Of a stretch of 64,000 bases of DNA, positions 44,714-53,743 are shown piece by piece. Every line of letters starts with the position of its first letter. Position 1 is the first letter of the stretch. This DNA comes from an uncultured Candidatus Saccharibacteria bacterium. GTDB taxonomy: Bacteria; Patescibacteriota; Saccharimonadia; Saccharimonadales; Saccharimonadaceae. The position numbers and the translations under genes are program-made. The notes beneath the pieces are model-generated. The model had not been told where the DNA came from and ran no database searches. It was given only the letters and a program-made list of their open reading frames with translations. The stretch is from assembly GCA_964480265.1 (NCBI GenBank), contig CAYZNY010000006.1, positions 1,219 to 65,218 on the forward strand, given 5' to 3'.

Positions 44714-45511
44714 CTAACTTGATTGCTTATTCACGCGCTTCGTTTTTGTAGCCGGTTTCGTGACGGCCTTCCGCGCAGGTACTTTTATGGCTTTTGCAGT
44801 GGTTCTGGATGTTTGGCGCCGGGTTGCCACTTGTTTTGCAAACATCATCGTTCCGGAGGCGGTCTGATTCAGACGTACGAACTCCACCTCAATTTCTTTG
44901 CCGATCTTCTTTTCTGCATCATCGACTACGACCATCGTCCCATCACGCAGATACCCTACACCTTGATGGTTGCCAGATCCAGCTGCTACAATTTTCACTT
45001 TTGCGCGCTCACCCGGCACATATTCATTTCTCAATGCCAAAGCTAAGTTATTTAAATTTAGCACATCAATATGCTCAGTTTCGGCGACTTTCTGCAAATT
45101 ATAATCATTAGTCAAGATGCAACCATGGTTCGCCTTGGCTAGTTCTAGCAAACGGTTATCAACCGGCGTATGATCAAGCGGATCTTCGAGCAAAACCATC
45201 TCAAAATAAACCACCCGTTCGAGCTCGCGTACCGCATCAAGCCCGGCGCGTGCCCGCGCCCGCTTCTCCGAGTCTTTGCCATCGGCCAGAAGTTGCAATT
45301 CGTTCGTCACACTCCGTGGCACTACCACTTCGTCGGCAATAAATCCAGTTCCAGCCACCGGTAATAGTCGCGGGTCCATCAGCGCCGATGTATCAACATA
45401 GACTTTGCGCCTCTGCCCAGCCCCAATCAACGGCTTTCTGGCCGATTTAACCGTCAATATTGTCGTCTCCAACAAAATTGGCACCAAAATAAGTAAAATT
45501 ATTAGTTCCAT
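44714..45511 (-). CDS. PIN/TRAM domain protein (YacL-like)
   Basis: It has an N-terminal TM helix, a PIN-like VYVDTSALMD...LTNDYNLQKVA, and a TRAM-like C-terminal beta domain. Confidence 0.7.
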   Translation of the reverse strand: MELIILLILVPILLETTILTVKSARKPLIGAGQRRKVYVDTSALMDPRLLPVAGTGFIADEVVVPRSVTNELQLLADGKDSEKRARARAGLDAVRELERVVYFEMVLLEDPLDHTPVDNRLLELAKANHGCILTNDYNLQKVAETEHIDVLNLNNLALALRNEYVPGERAKVKIVAAGSGNHQGVGYLRDGTMVVVDDAEKKIGKEIEVEFVRLNQTASGTMMFAKQVATRRQTSRTTAKAIKVPARKAVTKPATKTKRVNKQSS

Positions 45512-45524
45512 AATCTATCTCTCT

Positions 45525-45553
45525 ATTGTATCACAGATAGCTGATTTTGTCAA
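45525..45553 (-). promoter_or_regulatory. consensus sigma70 promoter for 44714..45511
   Basis: On the minus strand: TTGACA, 17 nt, TACAAT. It overlaps the 3' end of the upstream gene. Confidence 0.6.
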
Positions 45554-46709
45554 TACCGTTTTGCTGAGCAAAAGCACGATTCTCGTCAATCACCTTTTGA
45601 TATTTCAATGCAAGATCTTCTCTGTCCTCCATTTTTGCGACCTCAATCGCCAAATCATAGCGCGAGGCCTGGTTCAGGCTCAGCATTTCAAACGGTGTAG
45701 TTGTGCTGCCCTGCTCATTATATCCATGGATATGCAGCCTCTTACCATCGGTATATTCGGCCAAAATCGACTTCAAAGCACCGGCATAGCCATGGAAATT
45801 GCCAATAATCGGAACTTTCTTTGAGAATAGTTCGTCGAACTTCTTCTGGCTAAGTGTCTTGCCGACTAAGCCGATTTTACCATAACTGAGAGCACAAATA
45901 TTCACAAAACGGAATTTCTTATCTGGCAAATCTCCCCGCAAAATCTCGATTGCGCGAATCGCCTCGCCCGAGACAATATCCCCCGCTCCGATCAAAACAT
46001 AATCTGGCTCGCCATCATCAGAAATAAAATCTAGTACACCCGCACCACCATCGTGCAACATCTGATCGGCCTGATGCGAATCGATCCAACGTGGTAAATC
46101 AATCTTGTTGAAAGTATTAAGATTTACTACGTCCTGCGATTTCAGCATATAAATCATACTCGCCTCAGCTGCAACATCGTCAATCGGGAAAAGACAATTG
46201 GCTAGACCACTGGGATTACCAAGCAGCATCGAGACTAGCTCTGGCGATTGGTGAGTGAAACCATTATGATCCTGCCGCCAACAAGTACTGGTCGAGAGCA
46301 AATTGATTGCTGGAATCGGCTCGCGCCAGGCTACTGATTTTGATTGTTTGATAAATTTTAGCTCTTGCATCACCTGCGAGCCAATAATCGTGAAGAACGA
46401 CTCGTAGCTAGTCATTGCGGCTGGCTCACCATTCATAAGGTGCCCAACCATACAGGCGAATAGCGCATTCTCAGAAAGCATTTCCACGATATGCCCATTT
46501 GGTGACTCGGGCAAATCCCAGGCCTCCTTTGGTAAATCCCACAGGCGGCTACTAACCTCATAAACCACGTCAAGCTTGTTGCTGGTAGTTTCGTCGGGCG
46601 AGAATAAATAGAAGTCGTCGTGATGCAACATATAGCTCGCCAAGACGGCACCAATCTTCTTGGCCGGAGAGAATAGATCCTTGCCAGGGTTTTTGACTTG
46701 ATCAATCAT
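45531..46709 (-). CDS. xfp: phosphoketolase, C-terminal two-thirds (separate ORF)
   Basis: FYLFSPDETTSNKL matches the FR.FGPDE..SNRL block, and the remainder resembles the XFP middle and C-terminal domains. The start ATG overlaps the stop of the N-terminal ORF (ATGA). Confidence 0.8.
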   Translation of the reverse strand: MIDQVKNPGKDLFSPAKKIGAVLASYMLHHDDFYLFSPDETTSNKLDVVYEVSSRLWDLPKEAWDLPESPNGHIVEMLSENALFACMVGHLMNGEPAAMTSYESFFTIIGSQVMQELKFIKQSKSVAWREPIPAINLLSTSTCWRQDHNGFTHQSPELVSMLLGNPSGLANCLFPIDDVAAEASMIYMLKSQDVVNLNTFNKIDLPRWIDSHQADQMLHDGGAGVLDFISDDGEPDYVLIGAGDIVSGEAIRAIEILRGDLPDKKFRFVNICALSYGKIGLVGKTLSQKKFDELFSKKVPIIGNFHGYAGALKSILAEYTDGKRLHIHGYNEQGSTTTPFEMLSLNQASRYDLAIEVAKMEDREDLALKYQKVIDENRAFAQQNGIDKISYL

Positions 46710-47809
46710 TGCAAAAATCCTTTCTTGGCATCAAATAGCTCGTTAAACTCATAGCTTTTCAGCCAGCTGCTTAGCATTTTTAGCTGCTCGGGGTCGGTCT
46801 TTGCCTCCGGAAGCGGAATTTGATGGGCAAGATAATTCCCCGCTACTTTTTTACCATCAAGCTCTTTCGGGCCAGTTTCGCCTTTCTCGCTTCTGAAAAT
46901 AATAAACGGATGCTCAATCCTAGCCGACTCGCGCAAAGCAGCCTGGAAAACATCCGGCGCATCACCCTCAACCCACAGCGGCGTATATCCAAAACCACGC
47001 ACAAGCTCTGAAAGCTCACGCCTAGACTTGCGGCCATAAACCGTTGGACCGGAGATCTTGTATCCATTCAGATGTAGGATCGGCAAGACCAAACCATGAT
47101 AATGCTGATCCCCCACTAGCTTAATAAGATTTAATGACGCCAGTGCAGTGGCGGTTTCTAGCTCGCCATCTCCTAACATAACGGCAATGGTTTGCTCCGG
47201 GTGACCAAGCGCAAGCCCATAAGCTGCCCCCAGTGCATAACCGAGCTCGCCACCCTCACAAACTACACCCGGCGTAATCGGGCTAGCATGTGACGGGAAC
47301 CCCCCTGGCCAAGAAAAATTATGACAAATATAAGCCAAGCCATCCGCATCACGTGTCGCCTTGGGATCGACGGTTTCTAAATCTCCGTCATAAAACAAAT
47401 TTGCCTGCAAAGCTGGAAAACCGTGGCCCGGCCCAAGGATAAACCGAAAATTCTCACAGACTTCGTTTTTGATAGACTTTCTCGGTAGACGGTCTCGAAT
47501 AGCAATTGCCTGCTCGGTCGCAACCTTGGTTTTGGACCGCCCTGCCGCCCGCAGCACCGCCTCTCGGTCGCTATCGCTGGCAGTCGCCCCTTGACCCTCC
47601 GGGCAAAAATAAGCTCGCAAATTTGCATAAGCAACGTTGATCCCGTGACAAGTCCCCCAGTGGCCAAGCAGGCGCGGCTTGATATCCTCCGCCGATAGAG
47701 GTTTTTCAAGCAAAAAATTATTTTGCAAAAAAAGTTGCGCCACCGCGAGATAATCGCACGCCCGCACGCGCCGTTGAATCTCCTCATTACCTCCATGGTG
47801 ACCATTCAT
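46706..47809 (-). CDS. xfp: phosphoketolase, N-terminal thiamine-diphosphate-binding part (separate ORF)
   Basis: It has LLGHWGT and the XFP signatures EGGELGY and GDGELETA. Relative to my memory of canonical enzymes, there is an insert after GHWGT. TGcTATAAT lies 7 nt upstream of the ATG. Confidence 0.8.
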   Translation of the reverse strand: MNGHHGGNEEIQRRVRACDYLAVAQLFLQNNFLLEKPLSAEDIKPRLLGHWGTCHGINVAYANLRAYFCPEGQGATASDSDREAVLRAAGRSKTKVATEQAIAIRDRLPRKSIKNEVCENFRFILGPGHGFPALQANLFYDGDLETVDPKATRDADGLAYICHNFSWPGGFPSHASPITPGVVCEGGELGYALGAAYGLALGHPEQTIAVMLGDGELETATALASLNLIKLVGDQHYHGLVLPILHLNGYKISGPTVYGRKSRRELSELVRGFGYTPLWVEGDAPDVFQAALRESARIEHPFIIFRSEKGETGPKELDGKKVAGNYLAHQIPLPEAKTDPEQLKMLSSWLKSYEFNELFDAKKGFLQ

Positions 47810-47867
47810 ACTTATGATTATAGCATAGTTTTCCTCCGTTTTACCTTAATTATGATACAATAAGCTT

Positions 47868-48473
47868 ATGAATAATCTTGAATATCTGAACCAGATTTCT
47901 AAGACTAGCCGGCCGGTCAAAACTGGCGCCAAGGCCCAAGGTTTTGGCACGATCATAAAAATCGCTATTGCTGGTGTTGCGGTTTTCGTTATTCTGCTAA
48001 TTGTCGGCGCTATTATTGGCAAAAAGTCCAATCCCACCGCCAATCTTGGCCCACAAATTTATCTGCGCACTTCTAATCTTGAAAAGACTGTCACGACTTA
48101 TAACCGGTCGCTGCGTTCATCCAAGCTACGTTCGATTGGTCTGACTCTGTCGTCCACGCTTACTGCTGCGATCAACCAGATGGACCCAACCTTCAAGAAC
48201 TCTGCTAGCAGCAACAAAGAACTTTCAACTAGCGAAAGCGAATATACAACCAACCTCGAAAGCACTTTGACCGACGCCAAGCTCAATGGTATGCTCGATC
48301 GCACTTACGCCAACCAGATGTTGCTTCAAACTTCCCTCCTGCTCTCGATGCTCGAACAAGCCATCAATCATACTTCCGACGAAAATCTCAAAAACATTTA
48401 CTCGCAATATCAATCCAATCTTGCCACTTCTAATTCCGACTTAGCAAACTATTCTGCCAGTAGTGACAATTAG
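47868..48473 (+). CDS. hypothetical bitopic membrane protein
   Basis: The TM segment is IIKIAIAGVAVFVILLIVGAII. TGaTACAAT lies 6 nt upstream of the ATG and there is no SD. Confidence 0.65.
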   Translation: MNNLEYLNQISKTSRPVKTGAKAQGFGTIIKIAIAGVAVFVILLIVGAIIGKKSNPTANLGPQIYLRTSNLEKTVTTYNRSLRSSKLRSIGLTLSSTLTAAINQMDPTFKNSASSNKELSTSESEYTTNLESTLTDAKLNGMLDRTYANQMLLQTSLLLSMLEQAINHTSDENLKNIYSQYQSNLATSNSDLANYSASSDN

Positions 48474-48496
48474 ATTTTATCTGTTATAATTGTTTT

Positions 48497-48997
48497 ATGG
48501 CAACTCAGAAAAAATCTAATACCCAGCCTAATCTGGTCAAAACCGTTGCTGAATCAGCTTTTATGAAAGAATTTCGCGAATTCCTAAATCGCGGTAGTAT
48601 TGTTGATCTCGCGATTGGTGTCGCAGTTGGTGGCGCATTTACGAGTATCGCCAATTCCCTCGTCAACGATGTCATCATGCCGATTGCAAGTTTGTTGATG
48701 GGTGGTCTGGATTTCTCCTCGCTCTCAATCGACATTCCAAATATTTTTGGGCTTAATACCACCGCTCACATTGCATACGGTAACTTTCTCCAAAACGTCG
48801 TAAATTTCTTGGTGATCGCCTTCACGGTGTTCATCCTGGTTCGGACTATCAACCATCTCAACACGCGCCACGACGAGCGGCAAAAAGCAGAAAAATCCGA
48901 AAGAGCCGCAGAAAAACGTGAAAAAGAGCAAAAAAGTGCTCAGAAGCTAGCTCAAAAAATCGTCAAAGAGTCGATGCAAAATCCCAAAGCTAATTAA
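48497..48997 (+). CDS. mscL: large-conductance mechanosensitive channel
   Basis: FREFLNRGSIVDLAIGVAVGGAFTSIANSLVNDVIMP is the canonical MscL N-terminus/TM1. TGtTATAAT lies 6 nt upstream of the ATG. Confidence 0.9.
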   Translation: MATQKKSNTQPNLVKTVAESAFMKEFREFLNRGSIVDLAIGVAVGGAFTSIANSLVNDVIMPIASLLMGGLDFSSLSIDIPNIFGLNTTAHIAYGNFLQNVVNFLVIAFTVFILVRTINHLNTRHDERQKAEKSERAAEKREKEQKSAQKLAQKIVKESMQNPKAN

Positions 48998-49592
48998 GTC
49001 TTTCCTTGTCGCACCACAGTACTAGTATCATAAAAGTCAAAATATAAATCGATTCAAAGAATAGCAGTCCAGCGTAAAAAACACCAAGCCCCATCAAAGC
49101 TGCGACTGCACAAAAGACCGCATAGCCGACAAAAACTGCTAAGACTATCCGAAGCGGCTTGCTTTTGGCCCTGATCATCAAAAATGCTACTGTCACGGCC
49201 ATTGCAAAAAACATCGTGCGCGAGCCAGCCTTATGTAGATAACTGATTAAACTTTCACTAGCTTCGGAATCAAAATATCCAAGCGGAAACACTGATAACC
49301 AGGCTAAGGCGACCACTAATAGGGCGACGAAAAAGAAATACGCTCGGGGCATTTTCCACGCCATCCCCAGCGACCACAAAAACTGACTCATTAAAATCGC
49401 GAGGATACAATTCCCCAGTGCAAATAGCAACGCGCTCCAAGTCCGGCTGCCGACATACCAAGAGATTGAATTGCCGAATAACCATGGTCGCGCAGTGCCC
49501 ATATAGGCCAACGAATTTATCAAAACCGCCAGGACCACCACAGTCCAAAAAATTCCCATCGCCAGCAAAAGTTTACGCCGCGCCGGATTCAT
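48990..49592 (-). CDS. multi-TM membrane protein, function unknown
   Basis: About six hydrophobic helices are present. It overlaps the upstream gene by 4 nt. Confidence 0.65.
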   Translation of the reverse strand: MNPARRKLLLAMGIFWTVVVLAVLINSLAYMGTARPWLFGNSISWYVGSRTWSALLFALGNCILAILMSQFLWSLGMAWKMPRAYFFFVALLVVALAWLSVFPLGYFDSEASESLISYLHKAGSRTMFFAMAVTVAFLMIRAKSKPLRIVLAVFVGYAVFCAVAALMGLGVFYAGLLFFESIYILTFMILVLWCDKERLN

Positions 49593-49894
49593 GCTTTTTG
49601 CAAGGTTAAATTATAACTTAATCGCACCAAATCTTCGATTTCCGGATCAGAAATTTGGCCAGTCGGGATAATCTCTATTCCGCCTTTGCCAAAATAGCGA
49701 CTTTCCATCACAGTTTCGTAACGATCCTTCAAAACATCGCGCAGTTTCTGGTCGCAACGCAGCTCAATTGTCTTCGTTCGTAGCACTGCAAAAGCCCTCC
49801 CGTTCGGTGCTTCAAAAATCAAATCTTGGTTTTTGTCACCATGTTTATGCTCAGTATATTCGCCAATTCCTGATATTTTTGCAATCTCAATCAT
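49589..49894 (-). CDS. MmcQ/YjbR-family protein
   Basis: The start was moved to MIEIAK, giving an ATGA overlap with the orn stop. The pattern ...FAVLRTKTIELRCDQKLRDVLKDRYE...YFGKGGIEI is YjbR-like. Confidence 0.5.
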   Translation of the reverse strand: MIEIAKISGIGEYTEHKHGDKNQDLIFEAPNGRAFAVLRTKTIELRCDQKLRDVLKDRYETVMESRYFGKGGIEIIPTGQISDPEIEDLVRLSYNLTLQKA

Positions 49895-50424
49895 TTTTCG
49901 TCTTTCAACATGCTTACATACCACTGCAATTCTTCGATGCTTCCACGGATGTCATCAAGCGCTCGATGTAGGTCTCGTTTTAAGAACTTTTGCCCGCGCG
50001 CACCTTCCATATAAACTTTCCAAGCGCTCACATCGAGCATCCGATAATGCAACCGCTCTGCTAACTTTGGCCATTCACGGTCGATAAACTTCCGATCTTG
50101 ATGGATCGAATTCCCAGCCAAAATTATTTCTTTACCAAACCACTGGTCGACAAAATCTAATAACTCGTTTTCGATTACGCTAACGGTTTTACCATGCTCG
50201 TTCTGCTGAACCAGCCCATCACGGCTTTCATGATTCTTTTCCCAGAACTCTCCCACCATCCGCTCTTTAATTAGTTTATCATCCACTTTCACGACGCCTT
50301 CGTAGCTCGCCATCTCCGCGAGATCCCAGCTAGTTGCAATCGCCGCGACTTCAAGAATCCGGTCTTTTTCTGGATCGAGTCCGGTCATTTCAAGATCAAT
50401 CCATAACAGCTTTGCTTTTTTCAT
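49891..50424 (-). CDS. orn: oligoribonuclease (DEDDh 3'-5' exonuclease)
   Basis: It has WIDLEMTGLDPEKDRILEVA (ExoI), the ExoII/III motifs, and H in HRALDDI. Confidence 0.85.
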   Translation of the reverse strand: MKKAKLLWIDLEMTGLDPEKDRILEVAAIATSWDLAEMASYEGVVKVDDKLIKERMVGEFWEKNHESRDGLVQQNEHGKTVSVIENELLDFVDQWFGKEIILAGNSIHQDRKFIDREWPKLAERLHYRMLDVSAWKVYMEGARGQKFLKRDLHRALDDIRGSIEELQWYVSMLKDEK

Positions 50425-52131
50425 TTACATTTCCTCCGGAACATCAATACTCAGTATCCCCAGCCCATGTTCCATTACATTAAGATACGCCGTGACGAGT
50501 AGTTTTAGCTCCTGCTCTTGATCACTCCCCGCCACTTTGACATGCTCATAAAACCGCGAAAACTCTTGCGCTAGTTCATATAGATAGGTACAGAGTTTGC
50601 TTGGTGACTTGTCATCAATAGCTTCTGCGAGCACCTCAGGATACCGCGCAACTTTTACTCTCAATTTCCGTACATAACTATTAGGATCAACTCTTTCGCC
50701 ATCGGTCTTTCGGGATACCTCTAAGTGACTAGATCCATCCATGACCTCACCGCCACTATTTTGCAAAATTTTCTTTGCCCGCACCACAGCATACAGCAAA
50801 TACACCCCCGAATTTCCAGTCGTCGCGACTGAGTCTTTCGGATCAAAAATAATATCCCCGCCTAGTCGATATTTCAAGAAAGCATATTTCACCGCCGCCA
50901 GCACTACTTTCGGATCAGTCTTTTCTGCGACCTTCGCTAGCTCAGACTTAACCATATCCAGCACATCGACCGCTTTTAGGAAATTTCCTTTGCGGCTCGA
51001 CATTTTCTGGTTGCCAGCGAGCCGAACTTGGCCATGCGTCAGATGTCGCGTCCGTTCAGATAGCTTCGGCTCCATTTCGCTGACGCTCGCCAGCACTACT
51101 TTCATATAATCAATGATGTCGTTTCCGGTGATTACTACACTTTCGTCAAAGCGCCAATCGTCCCACTTGGTGAAAATCAGCCCAACATCCTTGGCCTCGT
51201 AAGTCGGTAAGCCTTCACGATTAATGAATACGCGTGTATGCAGACCAAGCTTCTCGCCACGGTAAACCACCGCGCCATCGCTTTCATCATACACTCCGCG
51301 GTCCAGACCAATCCGCACTTCTTCTAGACCACGCAGCGCCACGGTTGATTCTGGATAAAACTTATCAAAATGCACGCCGATTTCGTTATAAAAATCTTTG
51401 AAATACTGATAACTTAGCTCGCGCCCATGCCAATATAGCTTTGCGAGATCAGAATCGTGGCAATCATTTAGAGCGATATTATAAATCTCAGAATTCAGCT
51501 TAGTAATTTCTTGATGAGCTTTCTCATTTTCCTCATAAGCCCTGGTGCCCTCAACATAAGCTTTTGCAATGTCCTCAATCGTCAAACTGTCTAGGTTTGT
51601 TGTGTCTATTTCTTTTCGCAAAACCCACATAGTCTTCCCTACATGCAGGCCGACATCACCACCAAAATTTGCTCGCACCACTTTTGCGCCGGCACATTCG
51701 AGCAGTCTTGCAATACTATCGCCGACAATACTGGTATACAAATGTCCGACATGCAAAACTTTAAATGGATTTGGGTCGGAAAATTCGCAAACCACAGTTT
51801 TACCAGCATAATTTTGTTTTTCCAGCTTCACACCCTCAGCCAATTCGTCCACTTTGTCCTGCAATGCGTCGTCGCTAAGTCGGAAATTCAAAAAACCCGG
51901 CCCAGCCACGCTAAGCTCAAAATTCTGCTCGCCCGATTCCTCTATTTTTGTTTTTATCTCCTCCGCGATCACCACTGGCGACTTATGAACCAACTTTGCA
52001 AGCTGCATAGCCAAATTAGTTGCATAATCTGCGCCAGTATTTTCCGGAGCAGGAGCAAGCTCGGCCGAGGTACCAATGCCATATAATTCATCCCCAGCCC
52101 GCGCTAAAATCTTCTGCAAGTCGTCAATCAT
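50425..52131 (-). CDS. argS: arginine--tRNA ligase
   Basis: The start was moved to MIDDLQ, giving an 8-nt overlap with the upstream gene. It has the HIGH-type motif HVGHL, MSSRKGN, and a DALR anticodon-binding C-terminus. Confidence 0.9.
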   Translation of the reverse strand: MIDDLQKILARAGDELYGIGTSAELAPAPENTGADYATNLAMQLAKLVHKSPVVIAEEIKTKIEESGEQNFELSVAGPGFLNFRLSDDALQDKVDELAEGVKLEKQNYAGKTVVCEFSDPNPFKVLHVGHLYTSIVGDSIARLLECAGAKVVRANFGGDVGLHVGKTMWVLRKEIDTTNLDSLTIEDIAKAYVEGTRAYEENEKAHQEITKLNSEIYNIALNDCHDSDLAKLYWHGRELSYQYFKDFYNEIGVHFDKFYPESTVALRGLEEVRIGLDRGVYDESDGAVVYRGEKLGLHTRVFINREGLPTYEAKDVGLIFTKWDDWRFDESVVITGNDIIDYMKVVLASVSEMEPKLSERTRHLTHGQVRLAGNQKMSSRKGNFLKAVDVLDMVKSELAKVAEKTDPKVVLAAVKYAFLKYRLGGDIIFDPKDSVATTGNSGVYLLYAVVRAKKILQNSGGEVMDGSSHLEVSRKTDGERVDPNSYVRKLRVKVARYPEVLAEAIDDKSPSKLCTYLYELAQEFSRFYEHVKVAGSDQEQELKLLVTAYLNVMEHGLGILSIDVPEEM

Positions 52132-52954
52132 TCTTTTTCTCCGCTTTGGTCGTAATTTCAACCGCACCAACTCCGGATTCGATTTCAACTTGATTTAACC
52201 CAGATCCCCATTTCTCGTCATCATGCAGATCCGCGCCATCGAGCGTAACGCTACCGAGCCCTTTATGGACTAGAATCTTATAATCATCCCTGCTGCCATC
52301 AAGGCCGAGTTCTAGCTTTCCGGTGCCTGTCTGGATTTTACTATCGCCAACTAGACGCAGATTGATCGCAACCTTGCCAACGCCCATTTCTAAATCAAGA
52401 TCTTTCACCTTCCCATGATGGACTTCCAGCAGTCCTGCGCCAGTTTCAATCTTGGCTTGATCGTTCACATATAGCTCTTCGATCGTTGCATGCCCGGCAC
52501 CCAGATCCATTGCCAACCTCTGCGTACTGATCCTAGCCGTCGCCGTTAACGTACCAGCTCCAACCTCCAAATTCACGTGCTCAAAGTGAGCGTTCTTGTG
52601 GAGATAAATCGTAGTCACGCCAACTGCATTCCAACCAAAAATGCCATGGCTGCGCTCCGTAATATGCAAAGTATTGCCATCCTGCCATTGATCAATATAT
52701 TTGCTCGTGGTTTCTACCCGCACCGGATCGTCATCAGTTTCTACAATTTTTAGCTCAGTAGCTTTGACATTAATATCCAGCTCGCGCACATCTGTATAGC
52801 CGGCATCCGTCACGACAGTATACTCGGTTTCAGACTTGTGCCCGAGCAACCCCAGCGCCTCGACGCCTGCAACAGCCGCACCCACAATTGATACAATAAT
52901 CATTACTGCGAGAACGATTGCAAAGGCCTTGATGATTTGGAAAGTCGTCCTCAT
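52124..52954 (-). CDS. DUF4097/LiaG-like putative adhesin (beta-helical) with an N-terminal TM helix
   Basis: It has repeated G.G.(V/L).(I/V) beta-strand units. It overlaps the LiaF-like gene by 4 nt. Confidence 0.55.
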   Translation of the reverse strand: MRTTFQIIKAFAIVLAVMIIVSIVGAAVAGVEALGLLGHKSETEYTVVTDAGYTDVRELDINVKATELKIVETDDDPVRVETTSKYIDQWQDGNTLHITERSHGIFGWNAVGVTTIYLHKNAHFEHVNLEVGAGTLTATARISTQRLAMDLGAGHATIEELYVNDQAKIETGAGLLEVHHGKVKDLDLEMGVGKVAINLRLVGDSKIQTGTGKLELGLDGSRDDYKILVHKGLGSVTLDGADLHDDEKWGSGLNQVEIESGVGAVEITTKAEKKND

Positions 52955-53667
52955 TTGATCTCTACCCCACCAAAGATACAGGTTGCGTCAACATAGACTG
53001 TTTTCTTGGCTGGCTTAGAGTTCTTGTGATCATTAGTCACGCCACCAAAAAGTGCTGACGAAGTAGTCTCAAAACTAATATCGCTATCGGCAATGATTTT
53101 GACACCACCAAATATGCTACTAGATTTAATAACGGCATCTTTGGTGATTTTTGCCCCGCGAAGATCGAGCTCTACTGCCCCAAATACCGCTTCGAGACGG
53201 CAACCTTTGAACGTCTTGCCGCTATAACTAATCTTTTGCCCAGAAAAGGTAGCCCAGTATTCTGGATCGTCATCCTCGACTACTTCACCTTCGCGCAGTT
53301 TTGCGCGTCGCTCGTGCTCGCGTTCTTTTGCAACTTTGTGCGCCTTGTCACTACTTGTCGCGCCTTTAAGGATGACTTTCAAGCCAATAATGATAAGTGT
53401 TACCGGGATTAGCAACCGCCAAACAATATCAAAATCAAGCACATCCAGGCATCCAGCCAGCAATAAAATCCCAATCAACACCCCTAATAAACTGCCCAAC
53501 TTATCACTCGAAGTAATCAAGCTAATTGTACACGGCACGATAATAAATAGCGTCCACCAGCCCGGGAAAAAGATGTCGATATCCGCCACGTCCATAGCAT
53601 TAAGTCCAAAGATAACCCCCAGAGTAATCAAAACAATTCCCCACAAACATTTATTTACTTTATTCAT
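52951..53667 (-). CDS. LiaF-like cell-wall-stress membrane protein
   Basis: The start was moved to MNKVNK because GGGAG lies upstream and a TGtTATAAT promoter lies downstream of the listed Met. It has four TM helices and a C-terminal FGGV repeat domain. Confidence 0.55.
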   Translation of the reverse strand: MNKVNKCLWGIVLITLGVIFGLNAMDVADIDIFFPGWWTLFIIVPCTISLITSSDKLGSLLGVLIGILLLAGCLDVLDFDIVWRLLIPVTLIIIGLKVILKGATSSDKAHKVAKEREHERRAKLREGEVVEDDDPEYWATFSGQKISYSGKTFKGCRLEAVFGAVELDLRGAKITKDAVIKSSSIFGGVKIIADSDISFETTSSALFGGVTNDHKNSKPAKKTVYVDATCIFGGVEIK

Positions 53668-53743
53668 TAGAATCTCCCATTCCTTTACTCTAATTATAAC
53701 ATCATTCCCTATCTGTGCCAATCCAGGACCCGTCTGGTCAGGC

